A stretch of DNA of 64,000 bases, from assembly GCA_009781185.1 (NCBI GenBank), contig WQYP01000002.1, positions 6,873 to 70,872 of the forward strand, given 5' to 3'. The notes below the pieces were generated by a model, which saw only the letters and a program-made list of their open reading frames with translations, did no database searches and was not told the origin of the DNA. A program made the position numbers and the translations under genes. This document shows, one piece after another, positions 27,801-35,127 of the stretch; the stretch's first letter is position 1, and each line of letters opens with the position of its first letter. This DNA is from Phycisphaerales bacterium (lineage in GTDB: Bacteria > Planctomycetota > Phycisphaerae > WQYP01).

Positions 27801-28535
27801 ACCTTCGACAATATCGTTCTGACCAAAGTCGGCAGTTACGCCCTGCAATTCACCAGCGGCAAACTGAAAGCCGCCTCCAGTGCCTTCGCGGTGACGCCCA
27901 ACGTCGCCTCTCAGCTCGCGTTTGTGAACTCGCCGATGACCACCGTTGCCGGTGCCGTCATCAAGCCGAAAAAAGGCAGTCTCGCCGTCCAACTGGTCGA
28001 TGCCTACGGTAACCCCGTGACCACCAATGGCTCGTTCGTGACTCTGGCCGTCGCGTCCGGACCCGATAGCACCCTCAACGGCACCCTCACTGTCCCCACG
28101 GTCAAGGGTGTCGCCACCTTCTCCAACCTCTCCCTCACCACCGCCGGCACTTACACCCTCCTCGCCACCAGCGGCATCATGTCGGGCGTCAGCGATCCCT
28201 TCACGATCAACCCCGCCGCCGCCTCGCAGATCGTTTTCCTCCAGCAACCCACCGATGCCGCCCCCGGCACTGTGATCAATCCGGCCATCACCGTGCAACT
28301 CCTGGATCGGTTCGGCAACGTCGCCACGCTCGAAAAATCGACCGTCAAACTGTCAATCGCCACCGGCCCAACAGGCGCTAAACTCGGCGGCACCAGCAGC
28401 GCCAAAGTCGCTAACGGCATCGCCACCTTCCCCTCCATCACCCTGCCCATCGGCGACTACACCCTCCGAGCCACCTACGGCAAACTCGCCATCGTGTCAG
28501 ACCCCTTCAGCTTTTCGAACAACGTCTATGTGTAG
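24825..28535 (+). CDS. Large secreted adhesin-like protein. Planctomycete export motif, cadherin/VCBS-like module, choice-of-anchor-D-like domain, an embedded FKBP-type peptidyl-prolyl isomerase domain, and 4 C-terminal Ig-like (Big/invasin-type) repeats.
   Basis: ATYLESLEPRVFLSG at the N-terminus. FKBP signature YTGYTLDGTRFDSSF...VIDGWNEGMKGMKVGETLLLFIPAALAYGDGGSGSIPPDATLIFEVQCL. Repeated ~100-aa units ...VAGV.I.PAVTV.LVDRFGN.VT.....V.L......GA.LGG..SA.V.NG.ATF..I.L...G.Y.L....G.L..... Preferred start is ATG at 24825; the track start is GTG at 24801. Confidence 0.7.
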   Translation: MSRRSAVRRCRNASSLATYLESLEPRVFLSGNPPTIYEASVNLAQNQPYQFTAESFTSQYSDPEGDPLQYVYITQLPTYGLLTLNGTPVQTWQMIYPSQLSQLVYTPNTNFAGQDSFGWTATDGSNWATSDAGTSSIGASMLGLYDTSFYFNVDGAPPTLSDSTKSVAQNDTVYFDSTDFTDSFHDSNLGPNLVSITFTSLPQNGTLMYMDPYTFMDTPIYEGQIIAADNSDPTNYISLTSIVESLYYVPNADYAGADSFTWTCNDGVNDAVAPATVNITVVPSDSLVVTANSSIIAPGSATPQHNNFTDFGYMSTTPTTDGQTNTRTFTITNNSASTINLTGVSISGSNAADFTLTASPDAFLDPGNSTSFTITFAPSATGVRSALVTIVNDAGADYTFTITGTGVAVTTSSDGIQTAVLQPGTGSVVAGAGSVLTMQYTGYTLDGTRFDSSFNLDHTPLQFTDDGVIPDPYGNPMTDDQGNPIYMVIDGWNEGMKGMKVGETLLLFIPAALAYGDGGSGSIPPDATLIFEVQCLAIAQPMFGISSYNNMGNSVYYGYPYACVAPGNTPNAFDGTQFFAVPLSAGGYSEDFYFLNVGYTYLFPNSYYEQYVTVQPPDNFPTSASQITLSGSNATNFSITNFTPGGSYSYFTVQYNNTQLVNSAKTAVVSIASNGVNVPMSFNVEADPYYYYAPSIVKASIPTKPVSTGSGAQVSLSVNVQNLGNPLDKVDFNVYLYDSANTQNPYTWVYTLANQSVSGIGFLKGKIFNLKFQLPVGVSPGTYQLIVETVQSASSTVTGGIDGTPNNGQQTQTQSLTVVQGNNDPAMTYFMSEPSDVVAGVNQTFQVIVEDQYGNLANQSPPITLAILSGPDGGKIVGKVTAKVVKGIATFSVNFPIAGEYTLIAENGYLGDTSASFTVSPAAPAKLVVSQQPTSTVAGVPIAPAVTVSLVDRFGNAVTNDSSTVVNLALSTKVAGATIGGPTSATVVNGVATFDNIVLTKVGSYALQFTSGKLKAASSAFAVTPNVASQLAFVNSPMTTVAGAVIKPKKGSLAVQLVDAYGNPVTTNGSFVTLAVASGPDSTLNGTLTVPTVKGVATFSNLSLTTAGTYTLLATSGIMSGVSDPFTINPAAASQIVFLQQPTDAAPGTVINPAITVQLLDRFGNVATLEKSTVKLSIATGPTGAKLGGTSSAKVANGIATFPSITLPIGDYTLRATYGKLAIVSDPFSFSNNVYV

Positions 28536-28558
28536 TCCGCCACCATGATGCCCGTCCG

Positions 28559-28630
28559 TCAGCCCCCGGCTTTGCCGGGGGTTTTTGTTGACGGGCGTCA
28601 AATAAACCCCCGGCAGAGCCAGGGGCTGAC
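28559..28630. repeat. G/C-rich palindromic element family C (GTCAGCCCCCGGCTTTGCCGGGGGTTT...AAACCCCCGGCAGAGCCAGGGGCTGAC).
   Basis: 27-bp arms between the convergent giant-protein gene and speA. A degenerate copy lies inside the nucleotidyltransferase CDS at 10132-10235. Confidence 0.75.
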
Positions 28631-28650
28631 TCCAAATGCAATCGCTTTGA

Positions 28651-30642
28651 TTATGCGGAGGGTTCTTCGAGATAGGTGTAGCCTTGCATGCCGTTTTCGT
28701 AATACCGCATCAACTGCGTGCCCTCCTCCAGGGTGAGCTTTTTCTCCTTGATGGCGCCTTCCACCTGTTTGCGTAGTTTGGCGACCAGTTCTTCGCTGTT
28801 GAATTGGACGTAACTGAGCACTTCGCGGACGGTGTCGCCGCGGACGACTTCTTCGATGGAAGGGGTGCCGTCTTCGGCGAGTTTGACGTGCACGGCGTTC
28901 GTGTCGCCCAGCAGGTTATGCAGATCTCCCAGGATTTCCTGGTACGCGCCGACTAAAAACGCTCCCAGGTAGTATTCCCGTCCGTCAAACTCATGGAGTT
29001 CGAGCGTTTTTTTGATGTCACGCCGATCGATAAATGAATCGATTTTCCCATCGGAGTCGCACGTGATGTCGGCCAGCACGCCGCGGCGTGTCGGCTCTTC
29101 CTTGAGGCGATGGATCGGCATGACGGGGAATAACTGTTTGATAGCCCAGGAGTCGGGCATGCTTTGGAAGAGAGAGAAATTGCAGAAGTAGGTGTCGGAG
29201 AGCTGTGCTTCGAGATTTTCGAAATCGTCGCCTCCTCCTCCTACGTATTCGGTTTCTTTGAGAATTTTCATGATTTTGCCGCAGATGCCCCAGAAGAGTT
29301 TTTCGGTGAGGCTTCGCAGTTCCAGGCTCAGATAGCCGAGGTTGAACAAATTCAACGCTTCGTCCCGCTGCTGCACGGCGTCGTGGTAGACTTCCTGGAA
29401 GTTTTTTTTCGAGACGTCGCGGTACGCTTCGAAGAGATCGCGTACCGGCTGGGGAATTTCATCCCCTCCGCCACCTGTAGTGCTCCCCGCTGCCTCCGCG
29501 GGCACGTCGAATAAATCGAATCCGCTCACGCCCAGTACATTGAAGACCAGCAGGCTGTGATAGGCGACCATCGCCCGGCCGCTCTCGGAAATCACGTGCG
29601 GATGTTTGACGCCCGCCTCGTCGCAGACGCTCTTGATGCGGAAGATCACGTCGTCGGCATATTCCTGGAGCGAATAGTTGATCGAACTTTCAAAATTCGT
29701 CTGCGATCCGTCGTAATCGACGCCCAGGCCGCCGCCCACGTCGATGTATTCCAGTCCCGCTCCCGCTCGCACCAGTTCCGCATACATCCGTGCCGCTTCG
29801 TTGAGGGCGGTCTTGATGGTTCGGATGTTCGTGATCTGGCTGCCCAGATGGAAATGCATCAGCTTGAGGCAATCTTGCATGTTTCTTGCTTTGAGGAAAT
29901 CGAGCGCTTTGAGCACCTCCGCGGCGAAGAGGCCGAATTTGCTTCGCACGCCGCCGGTGCTTTCCCATTTTCCGCTGCCTCGGGTTGCGAGTTTGACACG
30001 TACGCCGATCGTCGGCCGTACACCGTGCTTCTCGGCGTACTTCACGATCAGATCAAGCTCGGTAAATTTTTCCACGATCGGAATGACATTCTTCCCCAGC
30101 TTCTGTGCGAGGATGACGGTTTCGATGAATTCGTCGTCTTTGAAGCCGTTGCAGATGATGGGGGGTGGGGATTGGGAGGGGGGCGTAGAACAGCCGTTCA
30201 TGAGGGCCAGGACGAGGAGGAGTTCGGGTTTGCTGCCGGCTTCGAGTCCGAAGCCGAAGGATTTGCCGAACGCGACGATTTCTTCCACCACGTGCCGCTG
30301 CTGGTTCACTTTGACTGGATAGACGCACGCATACGACCCCTGGTAATGGTTCTCGGCGATAGCGTGCTTGAAGGCCTCGTGAAGTTCCTCCACCCGATGC
30401 TTCAAAATGTCCGTGAATCGAATCAACACCGGCAAACTGATCCCCCGCAAAATTAACTCGTCGACTAACTTCTTCAAATCGATTGAGCGTCCGTCCCCCT
30501 CTTCCCCTTTCTGGCGATCCGGATAGACCGCGACGTTCCCCTCCGCGTTGATGCCGAAGTATCCCTTGCCCCAGTTGCGGATGTTGTAAATATCCGCCGA
30601 GTCCTGAATCCCCCAGGTCTTCATCGTTTTCATCAGGTCCAT
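28651..30642 (-). CDS. speA: Biosynthetic arginine decarboxylase.
   Basis: MDLMKTMKTWGIQDSADIYNIRNWGKGYFGINAEGNVAVYPD... and full-length similarity to the SpeA family; PLP-dependent group IV decarboxylase fold motifs are present. Confidence 0.9.
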   Translation of the reverse strand: MDLMKTMKTWGIQDSADIYNIRNWGKGYFGINAEGNVAVYPDRQKGEEGDGRSIDLKKLVDELILRGISLPVLIRFTDILKHRVEELHEAFKHAIAENHYQGSYACVYPVKVNQQRHVVEEIVAFGKSFGFGLEAGSKPELLLVLALMNGCSTPPSQSPPPIICNGFKDDEFIETVILAQKLGKNVIPIVEKFTELDLIVKYAEKHGVRPTIGVRVKLATRGSGKWESTGGVRSKFGLFAAEVLKALDFLKARNMQDCLKLMHFHLGSQITNIRTIKTALNEAARMYAELVRAGAGLEYIDVGGGLGVDYDGSQTNFESSINYSLQEYADDVIFRIKSVCDEAGVKHPHVISESGRAMVAYHSLLVFNVLGVSGFDLFDVPAEAAGSTTGGGGDEIPQPVRDLFEAYRDVSKKNFQEVYHDAVQQRDEALNLFNLGYLSLELRSLTEKLFWGICGKIMKILKETEYVGGGGDDFENLEAQLSDTYFCNFSLFQSMPDSWAIKQLFPVMPIHRLKEEPTRRGVLADITCDSDGKIDSFIDRRDIKKTLELHEFDGREYYLGAFLVGAYQEILGDLHNLLGDTNAVHVKLAEDGTPSIEEVVRGDTVREVLSYVQFNSEELVAKLRKQVEGAIKEKKLTLEEGTQLMRYYENGMQGYTYLEEPSA

Positions 30643-30772
30643 CGATCGAGTTTCCTTGACGTTGTTCGGGAGAGCGTTTGCGGGCTCTTGTATGACATCA
30701 CCATCTTACGCCACTTTTGCTGCAATGCCACATGTGGTGGAGGTGTGGGATATGTTTTGCGGGCTATCCCCA

Positions 30773-30826
30773 TATCGCATCCAAGGCAAGCGAGCGTTGA
30801 TCTTCGATCAACGGCTAAACTTTTGG
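30773..30826 (+). repeat. 53-54-bp element ATATCGCATCCAAGGCAAGCGAGCGTTGATCTTCGATCAACGGCTAAACTTTTG, copy 1, ~130 nt upstream of the speA start.
   Basis: An identical copy at 40857-40910 lies ~127 nt upstream of the URO-D-like gene start. It contains the palindrome CGTTGATCttcGATCAACG and is flanked by short CCCC/GGGG complementary runs. Confidence 0.8.
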
Positions 30827-31050
30827 GGGCTTATGGTGGGGACGTCCCAGAATCCGATTTTGCAAAACTTTCGACAAAATTTTGCCGCTCCAGAAACCAA
30901 ATCGTACATTTATCTTGTCGTCGATTTCATCACTGAATTCGACACCACTCATGTGACGTTCACGTGAGTTGACAAGTAACCCGGTCTGCCGTCGTGAAGG
31001 TCTCTCTCTCTCTCCCAAGCGACGTTGGACTGACCGATCTGCCCTGGATC

Positions 31051-31101
31051 GGGGCTCGTCAGGATTGCCTCCCCCTGACGGGCCTACTTTTTTTTGCGGC
31101 C
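31051..31101 (+). terminator. Intrinsic terminator on the plus strand, GGGCTCGTCAGG-loop-CCTGACGGGCC followed by T8.
   Basis: Seen in sequence. No annotated plus-strand gene ends here, which implies an unannotated plus-strand transcript between speA and the PilZ gene. Confidence 0.5.
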
Positions 31102-31105
31102 GGAT

Positions 31106-31528
31106 TCAACAGACGGCCACTTCCATTTCCGTGAACTCCACGCCAATTTCGTACAGGCCTGTTCCCGCCGCCCGCACACGCACCACTCGCCCTTTGAGAT
31201 TCCGAACGCTCCGGTCCGGCAACGGCAAATGCACGTCCACATTCTGACCCGGATAAATCAGCGTCCGATGCACGAAGCTCACGCCCGTCCGCGATAAGTT
31301 TCGCGTCCTGACTTCGAAGAATTTGCCTCGCTCCCCGCCGGCAGGCAGATAACTGATCTTCGCCATCACGCGGTAGCGGCTCCGCCTGGTTGTGCGGCGT
31401 TCCTTTCCAACCGCTCCGCAGCCCTGGCGATCCAGCCATTCCAGCGTGGTCTCAATCGCGTCGGCCACCGTCGGTCTGGGTATCGCACGAATCGGAACCT
31501 GTCGTACCGCGGAAACGATGCTCGCCAT
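31106..31528 (-). CDS. PilZ-domain protein, a putative c-di-GMP receptor.
   Basis: RRSRYRV is the RxxxR motif and RNLSRTGVSF is the (D/N)xSxxG motif, followed by a beta-rich segment ending ...GLYEIGVEF. Confidence 0.65.
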   Translation of the reverse strand: MASIVSAVRQVPIRAIPRPTVADAIETTLEWLDRQGCGAVGKERRTTRRSRYRVMAKISYLPAGGERGKFFEVRTRNLSRTGVSFVHRTLIYPGQNVDVHLPLPDRSVRNLKGRVVRVRAAGTGLYEIGVEFTEMEVAVC

Positions 31529-31783
31529 GGAAGGCCTCCAAGTAGAACCTGTTATCGTCCCCGCCCCAAAGGCTATCGGACGCCGCGACGCATCACTTAA
31601 CTTGTGTAATCCGTGAAAATCGCCTCATCAACGCGAAATTCATCGTCACCCTGTTAAAATACTGCGTTGAGCAGCGAACGCGTCGCGTTGTATAGCAGCA
31701 CTCGGCCGCAAGATCCTGACCTGCGGCATGGCAAATGCGGTATAACCAAGTGGACCAACGCCCGCCATCACAAGGATGTCCCC

Positions 31784-32875
31784 ATGGCCTGGCAAGATCG
31801 AGATTACAATAACCCTGAACTCAACTACGGCGGCTCCCCGCACGCGCATCCCATCCTCAAACTCTTCCTCGGTTCCGTCCCCATCGGAACATGGTTCTCC
31901 ATTCCCGTCCGCGTTCATGCCACGCTCCTGTGGTTTCTTGGGCTCCAACTCCTTCATGCCGGTACTTACGGATGGCAAGGCGCACTCGCTTCGGGCGTGA
32001 CGCTTTTTTTTATTGTTCTGCTCCATGAGTTCGGGCATTGTGCTGGGGCGAAACTCGTCGGCGGACATTCTGACCAGATTCTGCTCTGGCCGCTGGGCGG
32101 GTTGGCTTACAACTCGACGGATCGTACGCCGTGGGCTCGATTTGTGACCGTTGCATGCGGGCCGCTGGTGAATGTTCTCATAGCGATCCTGCTTTTCTGC
32201 GTGATGTATTTTGTTTTCCACGTTCGTCCGCCGCTGCATCCGCTCTATTCCTGGTCCAATTCGGTTTACCAGGCGTACTGGTCCCACAATGCCCTGGCCA
32301 TTTCGAACATCCGCGGCGGGGGGGGGGGCTGGCTCACTTGGGCCTTTGCGATGAATCTCACGATCCTCTTTTTTAATCTGATCCCGATGTATCCCCTCGA
32401 CGGCGGCAAGCTGCTGCAAATCGCGCTCTGGAAACCTCTGGGCTATTTCCGCTCCATGAACTTCGCCTGTATCACGTCCATGGTCGCCGCGGTGCTGCTG
32501 GCCGTCTGGGGCATCACCGAAGGCACCCTCTTCACGGTTGCCATCGCCATCTTCGCTTTTTTCTCCTGCATGGGCGAACGTCGTCTCCTGAAATATACCG
32601 CTGCCGAGAATCTTCCGGATTCACCCTACGATCTCTCGGCGGCCTGGGAGCATCCCCCCGATCACCCGCATCGCAAGAAACTCAAGAAACGTTGGATCGT
32701 TAAAGCTCGCAAACGTGCTCAGGCCGAGCAGGCGGAGCATGCCAGAATTGACGCCATTCTCGCGAAAGTTAAGGATAAAGGGCTGCACTCGCTGACATGG
32801 TGGGAGAAACGGGCGTTGCGTAAGGCGACGGAACGGCAGCGGCGAGAGGAAATTCGAATGACGAATGATGAATGA
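31784..32875 (+). CDS. M50-family (site-2 protease-like) zinc metalloprotease with a basic coiled-coil C-terminal tail.
   Basis: HEFGHCAGAKLVGG is the HExxH motif in a TM helix, and NLIPMYPLDGGKLL is the LDG motif. The last 7 codons (IRMTNDE) lie inside a 7-mer tandem repeat. Confidence 0.7.
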   Translation: MAWQDRDYNNPELNYGGSPHAHPILKLFLGSVPIGTWFSIPVRVHATLLWFLGLQLLHAGTYGWQGALASGVTLFFIVLLHEFGHCAGAKLVGGHSDQILLWPLGGLAYNSTDRTPWARFVTVACGPLVNVLIAILLFCVMYFVFHVRPPLHPLYSWSNSVYQAYWSHNALAISNIRGGGGGWLTWAFAMNLTILFFNLIPMYPLDGGKLLQIALWKPLGYFRSMNFACITSMVAAVLLAVWGITEGTLFTVAIAIFAFFSCMGERRLLKYTAAENLPDSPYDLSAAWEHPPDHPHRKKLKKRWIVKARKRAQAEQAEHARIDAILAKVKDKGLHSLTWWEKRALRKATERQRREEIRMTNDE

Positions 32876-32998
32876 CGAATCAAATCCGAATGACGGAATG
32901 ACGCCCCCCCCAATGACCGAAACAACGCATCGCCGCAATGTTTCAGTCATTTGAACATTCGGATTTGATTCGTCATTCGTCATTCGAATTTCGTCATT
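32852..32998. repeat. Inverted blocks of tandem 7-mers (GAATGACGAATGATGAATGACGAATCAAATCCGAATG ... CATTCGGATTTGATTCGTCATTCGTCATTCG) around a C8-containing loop, between the convergent M50 protease gene and gpmI. The left block overlaps the last 7 codons of the protease gene.
   Basis: Seen in sequence. Confidence 0.75.
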
Positions 32999-33007
32999 CG
33001 AATGGAA

Positions 33008-34603
33008 TCAGGGTAACAGGCTTTCGCCGGTCATGGCGGGGGGTTTTGGCAGGCCCATCATCTTTAACGCCGTCGGGGCGATGTCGGCGAGGCGGCCGCC
33101 TTCGCGGAGCTTGACGCCTTTGCCTTTGAGTTGCTCGTCGACGACGATCAGGGGGACGTCGTAGGTGGTGTGGGCGGTGTGGGGGCAGTTGTTTTGTGGG
33201 TCCCACATTTGTTCGCAATTGCCGTGGTCGGCGGTGATGATGAGGGCACCGCCGTGCTTTAAGGTGGCGTCGACGATTTTGCCCACGCATTCGTCGACGA
33301 CTTCGACGGCTTTGATGGCGGCTTGGATCACGCCGGTGTGGCCGACCATGTCGCCGTTGGCGAAGTTCACGACGTAGACGTCGTGCTGGTTCTTTTCGAT
33401 TTCCTTGAGGACGATGTCGCAGACCTGGCGGGCGGACATTTCGGGTTTGAGGTCGTAGGTTTTGACGTCTTTGGGGGATGGGGCGAGGCCGCGGTCCTCG
33501 TGCGGGAATGGGGGTTCGCGGTAGTCGTTGAAGAAGAAGGTAACGTGCGGGAATTTTTCGGTTTCAGCGGAGCGGAATTGGGAGAGGCCGTGCATGGCGA
33601 GATAGTCGCCGAGCATGTCGGGCATCTTTTCGGGCTTGTCGAAAATGACGTGGACGGGGAGACCTTCTTCGTAGCCGGCCATGGTGGCGAAGAAGAGGTT
33701 GGTGAGGACTTTGTTGCGTTTGAATCCGCCGTTGGGTTCGGCGGCGAAGCGGTCGTTTGGATAGATGAAAGCTTTGGTGATTTCGCGGGGACGGTCGCCG
33801 CGGTAGTTGAAGAAGATCACGGCATCGTTGTTGGCGATCGTTCCACCATTGGCGATGACGGACGGGATGACGAATTCGTCGCCCTTGCGTGACGGGTCGG
33901 AGGGGTTTGCGTAGTAGCTTTTGAGGGCGGCTTCGGCGGAGTCGAATTTTGTGCCTTTGTTTTCGGTCAGCAGTTCGTAGGCGGTCTGGACGCGGTCCCA
34001 GCGATTGTCGCGGTCCATGATGTAAAAGCGACCGACGACCGTGGCGATGCGTCCGACGCCGAGTTCTTTGCATTTGGCGTCCAATGCAGCCAGGTAGCGT
34101 ACGGCGCTGGTCGGAGCGGTATCGCGGCCGTCGGTGATGGCGTGGATGAGGACTTTGTCGCCGGGGAAGTTTTGTTTTTTGGCCATTGCGAGGAGGGCGT
34201 AGGCGTGTTCCTGATCGGAATGTACCCGGCCGTCGGAGCAGAGGCCCAGAATGTGCACCTGCGAGTGGTGCTTCTTGGCATGAGCGAAAGCGTTAACGAG
34301 TGTTTTGTTCGTGAAGAACGAGCCGTCGCGAATACGGCGGGTGATTCGCATCGTTTCCTGATCGACGATGCGCCCTGCGCCGATGTTTTGGTGTCCGACC
34401 TCGGAGTTGCCCATCACGCCCGCGGGCAGCCCGACATCCTCGCCGGAGGTGTGGATCAGCACATTGGGAAAGTCGCGCATCAGGCGATCGTCCACCGGGT
34501 GTTTTGCGAGTTTGAGCGTGTTGTAGGAATCCATTTCCGGATGGGGATTTTGGCCCCAGCCGTCACGGATGATCAGAACGAAGGGGCGTTTGGCGATAGG
34601 CAT
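33008..34603 (-). CDS. gpmI: 2,3-bisphosphoglycerate-independent phosphoglycerate mutase.
   Basis: MPIAKRPFVLIIRDGWGQNPHP..., ...ITDGRDT..., ...SGEDVGLPAGVMGNSEVGHQNIGAG... are iPGM hallmarks over the full length. Confidence 0.9.
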   Translation of the reverse strand: MPIAKRPFVLIIRDGWGQNPHPEMDSYNTLKLAKHPVDDRLMRDFPNVLIHTSGEDVGLPAGVMGNSEVGHQNIGAGRIVDQETMRITRRIRDGSFFTNKTLVNAFAHAKKHHSQVHILGLCSDGRVHSDQEHAYALLAMAKKQNFPGDKVLIHAITDGRDTAPTSAVRYLAALDAKCKELGVGRIATVVGRFYIMDRDNRWDRVQTAYELLTENKGTKFDSAEAALKSYYANPSDPSRKGDEFVIPSVIANGGTIANNDAVIFFNYRGDRPREITKAFIYPNDRFAAEPNGGFKRNKVLTNLFFATMAGYEEGLPVHVIFDKPEKMPDMLGDYLAMHGLSQFRSAETEKFPHVTFFFNDYREPPFPHEDRGLAPSPKDVKTYDLKPEMSARQVCDIVLKEIEKNQHDVYVVNFANGDMVGHTGVIQAAIKAVEVVDECVGKIVDATLKHGGALIITADHGNCEQMWDPQNNCPHTAHTTYDVPLIVVDEQLKGKGVKLREGGRLADIAPTALKMMGLPKPPAMTGESLLP

Positions 34604-34636
34604 GGGAAAACTCCAGGTTTGGGAGAAGCCGCTAAA

Positions 34637-34717
34637 ACATCAGAGCCGCAATCGTAAGAGTGCGGTGACGATAACGCAATGTTATGCACCGCAATCTTAC
34701 GATTGCGGCTCTGATGT
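34637..34717. repeat. REP-like palindromic element family A, copy 2 (ACATCAGAGCCGCAATCGTAAGA...TCTTACGATTGCGGCTCTGATGT).
   Basis: Perfect ~24-bp inverted arms, located between gpmI (start side) and the small acidic ORF. Confidence 0.8.
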
Positions 34718-34721
34718 TTGT

Positions 34722-35033
34722 TCAGGCGGAAATGTCGAGGCGGGAGGGGGTCGCCGGTTCGGACTTGGGCGGTTGTTGCTGGTTCTTTAAGGATTGGATG
34801 TCGAGTTTTTCTTCACCGCCCCCTCCCTCATCGGTTTCCTCTTGATCCTGCTTGTGGTGCTGCTGGGCTTGATCGCGGATGGAGTCGACGGCTGAGTCGT
34901 CGAGCTCTTCAACATCTTCGTGGTGGTGGGTGTTCTTCAGGGCCTGCATCTGTCTGGCGTGGAGCGAGTCGTTGGCCGGACGCAGGATCGCGTCAAGGGA
35001 GGCGGAAACGGCGTTGGATGGAATGTTCGCCAT
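34722..35033 (-). CDS. Small acidic hypothetical protein (103 aa).
   Basis: ORF with coherent GC3 bias and His/Asp/Glu/Gln-rich low complexity; no recognisable domain. Confidence 0.3.
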   Translation of the reverse strand: MANIPSNAVSASLDAILRPANDSLHARQMQALKNTHHHEDVEELDDSAVDSIRDQAQQHHKQDQEETDEGGGGEEKLDIQSLKNQQQPPKSEPATPSRLDISA

Positions 35034-35127
35034 GTTATGCCTGCTGGTTAGGCCCGTTCCATCGGGCTGGCCGCGCGTCTTGACAGACGAACTATCGACC
35101 AGAATCGCGTGAAAGCATCAGTGGAGA

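Noticed and set aside
30656-30967. 103-aa ORF between speA and the PilZ gene.
   Set aside because: Spans the 53-bp repeat that also occurs in non-coding context at 40857-40910, so shared peptide stretches across unrelated loci indicate repeat DNA, not a gene. The region is more plausibly non-coding RNA or regulatory.
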